Shown in pieces: positions 33,976 through 45,499 of a stretch of DNA of 55,653 nt; position 1 is the first letter of the stretch, and every line of letters starts with the position of its first letter. A program made the translations under genes and the position numbers. The notes beneath the pieces are model-generated. The model ran no database searches. It saw nothing but the letters and a program-made list of their open reading frames with translations, and had not been told where the DNA came from. The DNA comes from Nemertoderma westbladi (taxonomy: Eukaryota > Animalia > Xenacoelomorpha). Location: assembly GCA_032718475.1 (NCBI GenBank), contig JAUCBJ010001266.1, positions 1 to 55,653 of the forward strand, in the 5' to 3' direction.

Positions 33976-34954
33976 ATTCCAAAATTGTAACATTACTCTA
34001 CGCCGTTAGTATTAACAGCAAGATTTAGAATTAGCACTTTACAACTTTAGTGGACATTACTGTACAATATTGTATTTGCCTGTACATTTAGTATTGTATT
34101 GCGGTGTATTATTAAGTGGTAATGTCCCATTGTCGTGACTTTACATCACGCCGTCATGGTTACCACATAAAACAATAGTTGGTATATATTATTAATTGCC
34201 CGACAGCCCAACTGTAGGCCTACTGCATTACCTATCGGTAGATGTTAATAACCAGTAGCTATAAACTATTAAAAAAAAAAGCCATAAATATTAGCTAAGA
34301 TTTTATAACATAATTTATGTCATTTTTACATTTATTTATACAGCAACTAATTTAATTTATGCAGTTTCTATCACTTATAATATATACTGTATATCTATAC
34401 AATCATTTCGTAATGTTACAATTTTGGAATGAAACTACATACATACTTGTTGCAAAGCACTTTATTCCAAAATTGTCACATTACTCAACGCCGTTAGTAT
34501 TAACAGCGAGTTGTTATTTAGCACTTTACAACTTTAGAGGTCATTACAGCATTGTATTGGCCTGTACATTCAGTATTGTATTTGGTGTTATCAGTTTAGT
34601 AATGCCCCCTTAGTGGACATTACTTAACGCCGTCATTGGTTACCACGTAAACAATAGGTGGAAATTTGCCCGATAGCCAGATAGGCCTACTGCATTACCT
34701 ACCGGTAGGCGGGGTATAGTATAGTAGGGCCTAGCTATACAGTAATATTATAACATGGCTCCAAACGCCACCATAAATATAAGAAAACTTATTTATAACA
34801 TAATTTATGTGATTTTTACATTTATTTATGCAGCAACTAATTTAATTTGTGCAATTTCTATCACTTATAATATACAGTATATACAATCATTTCCTAATGT
34901 TAAAATTTTTTGAATAAAACTACATACTGTACATACTTGTTGCAAAGTACTTTA
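33976..34954. mobile_element. Tandem dimer of a ~490-bp MITE-like unit with 21-bp inverted repeats
   Basis: ATTCCAAAATTGTAACATTAC (33976-33996) is the exact reverse complement of 34410-34430; a diverged second copy starts at ~34464. Confidence 0.7.
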
Positions 34955-35139
34955 GTGTTCTGATCTTCGTGGCTTTATTTTCACTCACTCACTAACGTTC
35001 GTTCGTGTAACAAAGCCACTCGGATCATCTATGTAAATAGTTATTAATGTTTTCTTTGCATTGCATTGACTGTTATTCTATTACTGTTACTATATATAAA
35101 TAGTTTTTTATTTAATATTTATTTTATTAAATTATCCAG

Positions 35140-35259
35140 ATCCCTGTGATGCCGCAACGTGTCAGGCAAACAGCTTTTGCCAAAAACTCAGCGTTCTAGA
35201 ATTCGATTGTGTTTGTTTCCAAGATTACACAAAAACTGACAACGTTTGCCATCATAACA
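35140..35259 (+). CDS. Host gene exon 5, EGF-like domain 4
   Basis: ttatccag| DPCDAATCQANSFCQKLSVLEFDCVCFQDYTKTDNVCHHN |gtaaga; 120 nt, phase 1-1. Confidence 0.9.
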
Positions 35260-35323
35260 GTAAGAGAGACACAAACACAACATTAATAATTTATATTATT
35301 TGAAATTATAATAGGTATAATTT

Positions 35324-35685
35324 GCACATTTAAATAATAATAATAATAAAATACATGACATAATACAATTAACGAACAAAGCAACACAAAAACAGCACTG
35401 ACAATGGGAAACAACAAAGAGTTAAAATTCGTCTGCCAGCCCAACACCGCGCAGACCCGCCCCGTCACCAAATCCGAGAGCCCGCCAAGACCGACGTCCC
35501 CCTCGGAGGCAGAGGGAGTTGGACCGGAGGAGCGCGAACTGCAGCCGCCGGCGAACACCCCCCAGAACGCACGCGAGGCCCCTCTCTCTCATACCATCCC
35601 GCCTCGACACAAGTGTCTCGGCGAGATGGCGGATTAGGATCTGGGCCTCATCGCACCATACTCCATCAGTGGTGCCGACCAATGG
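35324..35685 (-). mobile_element. 3' fragment of a CRE-like (RLE-type) non-LTR retrotransposon
   Basis: PLVGTTDG..EA..LIRHLAETL...VRRRLQFALLRSNSLCLRG resembles the C-terminus of restriction-like endonucleases; flanked by a 10-bp direct repeat GGTATAATTT (35314-35323, 35686-35695); GC-rich island. Confidence 0.7.
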
Positions 35686-35934
35686 GGTATAATTTAGGTT
35701 TACAAATTATAACTAAATTACAGTATATGTTCCAGAATATTTACGAATTAATGTCTTTTATGAGCTTCCTGCAGTCAAATCAAAACAAAGTCCAAAAAGT
35801 TTATCCGTAAACTCCAAATAGGCCTACAGTACATTTATCTAAACTCAGGACTGCACAAAAGGAATATAATAACTGGAAGCGACTGATTTTTGTAATTAAT
35901 AATTAATAATGCTTTTTTTCATTAATTATTATAG

Positions 35935-36081
35935 ATCTTTGCGACAACGTTGTCTGTCTCGAGTTTGAAGACTGCAGTCCCTCCGTTAACAACGCAGGGA
36001 ACTCGGTTGCCAAATGCGACTGCATGGATGGCTACTACAGATCCGATCCTTTCGATCCACTATCATCCTGCATGCCCAACA
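35935..36081 (+). CDS. Host gene exon 6, EGF-like domain 5
   Basis: ttatag| NLCDNVVCLEFEDCSPSVNNAGNSVAKCDCMDGYYRSDPFDPLSSCMPN |gtaagt; 147 nt, phase 1-1. Confidence 0.9.
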
Positions 36082-36822
36082 GTAAGTGTTAATATTATCC
36101 AGTTACCATGTACTGGATGTCTATTCTATTACTACTGTACTGTACAGTACATACCCGGTGTAATCCGAAAATTCGAAAGTTCCTCTCTCTCTACCAGAGG
36201 CAAACCAAAACGTAAAATAATATAGGCGTAGTAACGACAGAGACCCGTTTTCATATTATCGTAGCTTAAGTGCCATAAAGGCCCTAATTTTTTGTCGGAT
36301 TTTACTTATTTAAACAATTCCACACTTTAAGACATGCTCTATCAGCTGATGAAGTACAGTATTATTGAACATTTTAACCAATGGGAAGTTATAATAATAA
36401 ATTGCGAGGTAAAGCGAAGCCCTATATACCAGCGGACAATATTTTACTGCAGAAAGGCCCTATGTAAAATTTTAACCAATGGGGAGTGATGTATTACTAT
36501 ATGTAATAACGTGAAATCCAATAATTCTATTGAACAATATTTTGCAGCAGAAACGCCCAATTGTAAGTCTCTCCATATTTTATATAGACTCTCCTGGACA
36601 ATTTCAATTTTTTTACTTACGGCCTTATGACACAAAGCTACGATATTATGTAATATGAATATTAATAATAAAATGCCGTTACCATTATACAGTCCATCAT
36701 ATCCAAAAAAAAATTTCAAATCAAAATTTGCGATTGAATAAAAACGCCTCAGCTAACCCATGTGAAAATTTTCTAGAAAATATTCCATATTAAAGTAAAT
36801 TCGAATAATTAATAACTTACAG

Positions 36823-36945
36823 ACATTTGCAACACTACGGCGGACTGCAGAGACAACTCACATTGCATTCGTACTAGTCAGTCTACTTACGAGTGTCCAT
36901 GCAACCGTGCATTCAAGGAAGTTGGTGCTGTCTGCGAACCATTGT
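36823..36945 (+). CDS. Host gene exon 7, EGF-like domain 6 (gene presumably continues past the window)
   Basis: cttacag| NICNTTADCRDNSHCIRTSQSTYECPCNRAFKEVGAVCEPL |gtaagt; 123 nt, phase 1-1. Confidence 0.9.
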
Positions 36946-36999
36946 GTAAGTCTTATTGAGTGTACTGTGTAGGCTTACAGTATTGTAAATGCATGCATA

Positions 37000-37958
37000 C
37001 TACTAGTATCGACATGCTGCATTGCAGCTGCATTTTTAAGAATGATGTGCCGGCTTGTCAACAAAATTGCGCCGCCACAACTCCCTATCACCTATGACAT
37101 TGGCTAGATCGTCCGCATCTTCAAGGCCAGTGTCCTTTAAGATGCGTCTCAAGAAAGTCATGGGCTGTCCACCATGCTTATGGCAGCCAAAGTACAAGAT
37201 TATGCACTGGCTGGTCCTCATGGCGAAAGCAATGACCTGCAAAGCGGAGGCGATTTTGTTCATGTGTCAAGCTTGGGGGAACCAATGAGACACCTCCAAT
37301 GTTATATAGTGTCTGGTTTGAGATGTGTGCATTGTACTTGACACAATGAACCCGGCGTAGCATTCTTGTGAATGTGCTATCCAGAGATTTGGTGTCCTCA
37401 GCAGTTAGAGCCCAGCATGGACTCCCATAGAGGAGAACTGGAACTACTGATGCTCTAAATAATCGGACCTTAAGTTTCCGATTAATTCTCGGTGACTTCC
37501 AAATCCTGGAAAGCCTATTCAAGGCTGCCCATGCTTTTCCCTTACGTATTCGAAGGTCCTCACCTGACTTCCGGATCCATGAACCCAGGTAACAGAAGTC
37601 GTCCACATGCTCAAGCATACCATCCTTTGAGCTTATGCTCATCCGATCAGAGACTTGCTGAGAACTTTCAAAGTTAAATGTCAAAATTTTGGTCTTTCTG
37701 GAGTTAATCAAAAGACCAACACTAGAAGCAGCATGTTCTAATGAGCTGAGGAGCCGTTGGGCTCCCTCTAGTGATTCTGAGAGTACTCCTAAGTCATCAG
37801 CAAAGTCTAGATCAGTTAGGTACTTGGCAGGATTTCCTCGACTTCTGGAGCCAGTAGGTGGATTTATCATCACCCCATCATCATTATGATGATCTAAGGA
37901 CATGCGTAGAACATAGTCAAACACAATTATGAACAAGAATGGTGCAAGTGTGTCTCCC
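37000..37958 (-). mobile_element. 5'-truncated RTE-like LINE with a 55-bp target-site duplication
   Basis: QGDTLAPFLFIIVFDYVLR, LDFADD, FCYLGS, VLLYGS..W; frameshift near 37260; identical 55-bp flanks at 36945-36999 and 37959-38013. Confidence 0.9.
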
Positions 37959-38250
37959 TGTAAGTCTTATTGAGTGTACTGTGTAGGCTTACAGTATTGT
38001 AAATGCATGCATAGGCCTACTGCGCAGTGAGTGTACGGTAGGCCTATATACAGTACGAACAAACATACTGCAGAGGCCGGACCAAATACAGCGCAAATTG
38101 TGGTTTTAACCATATTTGCCATGTTGGTGAAATAAATATACAGGTTAGAATATTTTTGTACAGTAGTTGTTAGAAACAACTTATCAGTAAGACTAATAAA
38201 AGGTTAGTCATAATACAGCAATAATAAACATGTTGCAATCTTAGCCAGGT

Positions 38251-38626
38251 TGTTCGCGCTTTTAGACCTTTAGCAGTTTAACCTGCCAATTTTAGTTGTC
38301 CTCTTGTTTATAAATCGACTTTAGCCTATATCAATTATTTAATGTACTGAAGTTACATCAGCCGAAGCCAGTCTGTGCGCGATCATTCACCCACAGTTAA
38401 GGGAGACTGGATTCGGATTCCTTGATAGTTATTGCAATGTAGACCTACTGTATTATTCGATTGATCGTTACTATATAATCTCTGACAATATATTTACTTT
38501 CGGGGAAATATTAACAGTTCCTTTAGGACGTGGCGCTTTAAGTATAAAACAGAGTTATGACTTATACTAATCACAACTAGATGGCCACAGAGTTTCGTAA
38601 ATAGCGCATTCTTTAGGAGATGCTTT
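38251..38626 (-). repeat. BEL 3' LTR (matched portion; may extend to higher coordinates)
   Basis: About 5 differences from 54578-54954 counted by eye; ends CGAACA on the minus strand. Confidence 0.88.
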
Positions 38627-39317
38627 ATTATCTTTCACACTAATTCACACGACTCCACACTACTTCACACTACTGCGCACTAATCTGCCGACCGTCACTG
38701 AATTTGATCATATATAAGGAAGATCGCAACTGACACTTGTAGGGATTATGAAATAGCATTTAATTCACACAAAAACCACTATAATTTAAGTCGCAGTTGC
38801 TACCGGTAACCTGTTCCTCTTACCTTCAGTAATCAAGACGATTGGGGGTTTTATGATTATTTATCGGTATTCTCCAAATATAACAACATATCCATCAATA
38901 TAACAACAATTAATAACAGAAGTAAAATAATGCGGTGAACAGTCAGTATGTGTTACTTATGCAGTTATGAAATATTCAGTATGATATGTATGACAAGGTA
39001 GGTATGATCGGATAATAGATTTACGTTCCTATAATCAAAGCCATCTGATGTTTAGGCCAAAGTCTGAAACTTCTACACAGAAGTACAGAAGAATTCCAAG
39101 CCGGTTCTGAGGCTCAGAAAAAGGTAAACAAAGACCGTAATGCATTGCGCGGGTTTCCATAGGCCTGTGTCAGACATAAAGTGAAAATCGCTCTGATTGG
39201 CTGAGCAGAACAAAGAAGTTCCACGTCCACAAAGAATCAGCTGATAGATTTCGTTATCTGGGCTCTGATTCCTCCCTTTCACGTAGTTGGATAAATTTAG
39301 GGCTATTTTAGAGTATT

Positions 39318-39408
39318 CTGCGCATTGCGGGAAAAATGACTTGTTATGTCCGCAAAAGCCCCTACACTGCGCATTGCGGGAAAAATGACTTGTTATGTCC
39401 GCAAAAGC
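39318..39408. repeat. Two-copy direct repeat (42 bp, period 49) in the BEL 3' UTR
   Basis: CTGCGCATTGCGGGAAAAATGACTTGTTATGTCCGCAAAAGC occurs twice. Confidence 0.9.
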
Positions 39409-39744
39409 TTTTACACCGCTCCCAGAAAATGGGATTTAAGTCTATAAATATAAAAAATCACAGTTTCTAAAATATAAAAATACTCTAAACTATTAGTCTT
39501 TCTTACGTGAACGGCGTTTACGAAGTTTTTTGAGACTAGCAAGAGTCCTTTTCTCTTTGGGGCGAGCCACTTTACTAGGAGGGCTATAACTCCTGGGTGA
39601 GGGGTGCAATACAATTGCATCGGAAGGTTTAGGGTTGCGGTTGGTGTATCCGCCGGTCGAGGTACCCGGTTGATCGATATCAACCTCAGTGGAACGAGGT
39701 CGAACAACCTTTAGAGCGCGTTTCAGGACAGCAGCTCTTACTGG

Positions 39745-42700
39745 TCAACGATGGGTCGTTTGCACGAGAGCGGTAGGCGGACCGTGAGTAGTGAGAAATT
39801 TCATCGGTTTGATGGTTCTTTCCAACTCGCGTTCTCGGGCTCTATATTCATAGGGTCGTCTATGAACTTCCTGTAGTTCTGGATGCGAGTTGATGAACAA
39901 GTCACCATATTCCGGATCTTGACGGATGAAGTTGATCAAGTTATAGGAATTAAGGTCGTTAGGATTAATATTCCTAAGATACTTGCGAACAAATTTGGTC
40001 GAAATATTCTCGCCAACATGTTTCATTAGCTCGTAGCTAGGGGTGCGAGATTTTTGCTCAACCGAAGCAAAGAGATATGGGTGAAACGCATAGACTCCTT
40101 CATAGGCATGTCCAGGGTAGTACCGATGATGTGATTCGCAATGGAGATCCGCGTTAGCTTCCCAGGCGCGAATATAGCGAAGGGCAACCATTTCATCTAC
40201 GCTTTCTAGATCTCGGTTGAAAGGGCAACCGAAACTTGTGTGTCCTTTAAACTGGCAATGATGGCATTGAGTCATAAATTGAGGGCAGACTGCAAAGATG
40301 TGTAAGTTATTGAGTCTACAATACGCACAATAGATCTCCATGGTAGGTTGATCTTTAAAGTAGGAGCAGGGTACGCTGGAGTCCACAGGGGTGAAGTGGT
40401 CTCGTGATGTGCATAATCGGCAATGTTTCCTAGAAACATAATTGACATGCTGATAATTGTATGCAGTGAGACATTGTGGACCTTGATACCATTCCAGGAC
40501 GTAGTCATTGTCACTGCTCCTGGGCGCTGTGGGTTGAATCTCCTCGGATTCTAAGCAAATTGGTTCATCTTCCAATTGCATAGCTGAGGTAGATGTAGCT
40601 GTCTCCTCAAGCGAACCCACTGTTTGAACTTCCACGACAGAATAACCTGTGGGGATTCGGGGTCTTTGTATAACAGAAGAATGCAAGTTCTGTATACAAA
40701 CGTCCTTGAAAATAGCGAATCCAGCGCTGTCTAACTTCTCAGCAGCTGAGTCTCTTAGGCTGAGCTTTGTCAGAGCGCGGTCCTTGAACTGACTATCAAC
40801 GTTACGGAGTGGAGTCAGAAAGCGCCTAAAGCATTCGAATCGGATGAATTAATTGTGTTCATCTAGCTTGGCGAGTTTGGTTCCAAGTAACAAGGGATGG
40901 GTGCGTATAGTGCAACTGCACACATCGGCTAGCCAACCGGCAAGTGCGGCGTTCTCGAAGATAGTGTATATAGCTAATGAGGGAAGGAGTGGAACACTCA
41001 CGAAGCTATAAACGACGCCAGGTGCGGTTAATGGTCTGTCGAAGTATAATCGAGAATAATGATCTCCATATACAGTACTTGTTGGTAGCTGACAGGGTTT
41101 CCAACTTTGAAATTCCATCCGTATTCTTGGAAGGCAAGATGTCCGATAGAGGTTCGTTGTACTTTATTGATTCCGCTGGATGTATTGGCATACATAGATC
41201 GGAAGAAACCTCGGCCTTCTGCCCAGGGAGCAATCACCTGGGTGTCTAGAAAAGGATATGGGATATTCTTCATGTTTCTGAAGTCATTTTGGAGATCTCC
41301 ATAGACAGCTGAGCCGATTTTAATGATTCTTTCGTTAAACAGCATCTCGAGCACTGGCTGGGGTAACATCGATCCATCTATACCCATGGCCGGTTTGCGC
41401 TCGGTATCGGTGATGTAACGCTGCGCGAGTTCGAATTGTCCATGTCGGAGTTTCCTTTGGATCTCGGTGAGAGTCTCAAAAGAATAATCGATCACGTCGG
41501 AACACGCTCGAGTAAACACATGGGTAGAACCAGCTAGTCCACGTATGTGTATAATTCGCGTAGTTACCAGTTCTCCAACCGGAACGCTACCTTCGTTATC
41601 GTAAGTGACAACTCCATACATTTCGATAATGTTAAGAGTTTCGTTCCACTCTTTGGTGGCGTTTTCTATGGTCATACCCACTGGATGCCATAATGTGGCG
41701 TGTTTGCTCGCGTTAGGTAGATCGCTATACTTCAGATAATGTGTAGTATACGTCTCTACATCTCCATATCGCTGTATTCTCTCTTCCTCGAATAATACGT
41801 CGAGATTCCAATGGACTAATCGAGTTTTAATAAATCCATCGAGATTATACGGGGGAATTATATCTTTTTCTATTCTTGAAACATTATACGGTTTCCTGAA
41901 TGAGTTTACTTTGACCAATTGATCTAGATGTTTCTGTAATTGTTCGAGTTCAACAAGATCTAGGGGGTTTATCAGTGGCAGAAACCTTAAACTGTGCGTA
42001 GGATCTTCAGGTTTCACCATATAATATTGAGTTAGATTGACATAATAAGATCCCATAAAATGAGTTCGGTAAAGGTCTAGCGCGTAGGTTGACCTCGTGT
42101 ACCATAAGACGGACAAGATCCGCTCGATTGTCCGGAGGTTCAACGAGTATACCATCGACACGAGCGGCCTCGATTGGCGGACGTTGTAACATAGGAGCGT
42201 CAGCGATAAGATCTCTAGATCTTAGGTTGATATCAACCGGTTGGGGTTGTACCGTGGTGAAGAGTTTGTCTCCGAAATGGGGAACAATTGAAGGATGAAT
42301 AATGGTTTTGGAATAGAGATCAGTCATAAGGATTTGAGCTTCTGGCTGGGCTAAAGCAGCTTCTTCTCTCTCGTCCATTTCGATATGCTTCTCCTTGAAC
42401 TGATTTTCCTCCGCTTGTCGTTGGAAGCGTTCGTCCAAAAACTCTTGCAGAGAGTAGGTTCGTCCAAGTTCGATGTCTTCCTCGAGATTCTGAATTTCCC
42501 GATCGAACTGAGGTAAAGCTAATTCTTTTACCGCTTGGACTTGCTGCTGCAATTTACGTTTATCTAAACAATCGTAAGTTCCTTTTCCGATCTTTTGCCG
42601 AATAGCGTCTAACGCATTTCATACAATGCTCTCTTCCACCTCGGTGACGGGTTGTATCGGGGTTAAACAGTGACGATTATACGGGTTAAACGGCGATATT

Positions 42701-43740
42701 AAATGTCCGCGTCCCAATCCGGCTAGGTAAGATGGGCGGATATCTAGGGAGCCCACAACCGGAGTGCCACCGACTAATTGTTCGGGTAACACTAGACCTT
42801 TGAACAATGAGTACAGTTCAGGAGGATCCGTCATACTATTAGGATCAAGAGTCTGAGGTCTCACTAGGGAGTGAGGAGGCCTGACCGAGTATTCCGGAAC
42901 TCTGATCATAGGTTTATTTAAGGATCGTTTGAGTCGAGCAAGCGTAGGTGATACGTCGAACAAGTTTCGCTCGAAACTCCCATAAGTATAGTGAGTAAAA
43001 CTGTGTTTAGCGCAACGTCTCCACGGATGTTTATGTCTTTCCGTTTGTTGGTTGGGTCTAGGGCATTCATCGCAATAATACCAAAGATGCATGTCTTGTA
43101 GGGGAAACGAGGGTGATCTTTCTCCAGTTTTAGAATATTCCTCCATCTGTTCGAAGCTATCCGGTACAACAGGTAGCGGTCGATCGGCAGTAAGATACAT
43201 CATAGTAAAATAGAGTCGTTTGAGTTCTATCATAGGGTTATGATGTATACCTTGAGGATATCGAGTTTCTAGATTTTGTTGACTGGCTACATAGAGATAT
43301 GTTTCTCTCAGGAATTCCAAATATTCGTTGAAGTCACTGCATTTATCCGGTTCTTCAATGTCTTCTCTTTCGAGTCGGTTTCGAATAGAATTTTCGTGTT
43401 CAATTCTCAGTTTATCGTTCCGACTCCTCTGCGTATGATATTTAAATAGGATCATTTCCCTTTCGGTGTCTACATCGTCCGTATCGTGTAAATCGATAGG
43501 ATGACCAGTAGTTAAGAAGTCCATATACGTACCATTACGATGCGTATAGCGAGCAGTGAATTTTCTATAGTCCAATTCACGCGTGAGCTGTTCCTTTGAC
43601 ATTGGCGGTTCGATATAACGGCCATCGTCCTCCGTAGTAGGTTGACTAGCGTCGCCACTTATTAAACTATCAACAAACGCTTGCAATGGTAGGGTATATC
43701 GCTCCCTGATACTAAGATCATCTTCTATCAACTCAGTCAT
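39745..43740 (-). pseudogene. BEL cargo ORF (~1330 codons): unknown N-terminus, coiled region, DEDDy-like 3'-5' exonuclease, CCHC zinc fingers
   Basis: ORFs 42619-43740, 42007-42552, 40849-41118 and 39745-40686 share one frame, with single in-frame stops joining the first and last pairs; 41028-42161 bridges them through two compensating frameshifts. Motifs: VVTYDNEG, LFNERIIKIGSAVYGD, FLDTQ, SIGHLA, FDRPLT....VY, CHHCQFKGHTSFGC. Confidence 0.7.
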
Positions 43741-44552
43741 AGCTGCTATATGAGTTTATCAATATTATAATTAATGATATATAGGCTAGCGGTCGTCGCT
43801 GTCTCCCCCTCAATGCCCCCGGACAGCGCAAGATCCTCAGCGCTGATGTACTGTCGTCGCTGTGCCTCTCGCCAACGTAGTAGCTACACAATGACAACAA
43901 TAACCAGCGCGAGTCACTCCACTGTCCGTCCCAAGGGCTCAGAATTACTTCAGGTTCTTGCTACAGAGGCAGGGTTACTTTCACAACTGCGACTCGCTAC
44001 TGTAAACACACTTTAGTAGTAACATTCACCTATAAATGCACAAATTCCACACACTTGTCACAAATTGTACACATTCGGGCCATTTGTCCGTTAGTCAAGT
44101 GCCTTCCAGAATGCCACGTTATTATTATGTATCCCTGGATACTAGCAGGGTGCTATTTATTCCGTATGCTATTCAATGGGGCAAGCTTTCTATTGTTCTT
44201 TTAACTCGCTTCTAATTCTAGCGTGGTTGTTGCTATGGTGACATTATGGAAAGCTAGCAGTAGAATTAGGGTAATTCTCATGTATACAGATCTGGGATGC
44301 TATTTAATAGTAATTCTTTAATTGTCAATATTCCCCTTTATACATGATTTTATGAATTTTATCGGCTATTGACTGTACACTGGAGATTCTCGCACACTAA
44401 TATACTTAATAGGGTGAATCTCCGCTCCCATGATCTATTAATTAATGGAATTTTGGGAATGTTATAAATTGTATAAAATTACAATTTATCAAATTCATGA
44501 GAGGATATGAATTTAAAATTTATTCCCGTAAATTTTATTATTTGATATTAAA

Positions 44553-44930
44553 ATGGACACAATTTTATTCCAGAACAGGTCTGGGAACTAGGATCCTTAA
44601 TTCTAGGAATTTTGTCTTTTTAAGAGTATCGGTAACTGCTACGATATCTTAATCGACTAGAATTTTAGAGGATCGAAAATTTTACAGATTTGATTTATTG
44701 ATTTTCTAGAGTCAATTTGTTATTAGTTACTCTATTATAACATTGATTTTTACAGATTTTATAAATATTAATTAAATATTTAATATTTAAGATGGGCACC
44801 GATTTATTCCAGAACATGTCTGGGGACGTTAACCACTGATTCTAGAATTTTGTCTTTCAAGTATATCGGTGGGTGCCGCGATATCTTAATCGACTAGAAT
44901 CTCAGATGGTCAAAGGGTTTAACAGATTTA
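44553..44930. repeat. Diverged ~140-bp direct repeat (period ~240) between pol and the cargo ORF
   Basis: Shared blocks TTTATTCCAGAACA.GTCTGGG, GAATTTTGTCTTT, CGATATCTTAATCGACTAGAAT and ACAGATTT. Confidence 0.8.
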
Positions 44931-45499
44931 TTTTGCGTTTTTACGCTACTGTAACATGGACATCATTCTACTATATGTATTATTTAATATACGGTATGAG
45001 AGCAATATTGCAAGAAGCAATGTCAGTGAGAAGAGGCAAGTCGTTTCCAAGGTCTACCCAGAGCTTGGTTTAGCCGAGACACGAGGATCTGAACTTTGCA
45101 TTCCTAATACTCTACTTACCAATAATACTTAAGTATAGTAGGGGCGGTATTGTACTTTTAATAAGTACGGACATTTCATCTTACTGTAGTCACATATTTA
45201 TAATATGAAACAGACAGTAAGGAAAGAGAAAAAAGAATTATTTCTCGCCGTTTAACTAAATATATAATGTTAAGTAATTAAGTAATAAACACGAATATAT
45301 TGCACTAATCTACTGAATCTTCGCTAAAATAATATTCTACTAAATAAAATTAAAGAAAACGATTATAATAATAAAATTACATAATGATGCATACATAAAT
45401 ATAAAAATAATAAAAAAATATAAAATAATGTAGTCACACACCCACTCCAGACGCTGTTACGTTGGGGAGTCCCTAGATGTTTGTTGGATTAGGGAGGTG

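Noticed and set aside
35404-35637. Pro/Ser-rich + strand ORF as a mucin-like exon of the EGF gene
   Set aside because: It lies within a TSD-bounded insert whose minus strand encodes an RLE C-terminus; no suitable splice sites.
39745-43740. env gene
   Set aside because: No signal peptide, transmembrane helix or glycoprotein-type Cys pattern; exonuclease-like and zinc-knuckle motifs instead.
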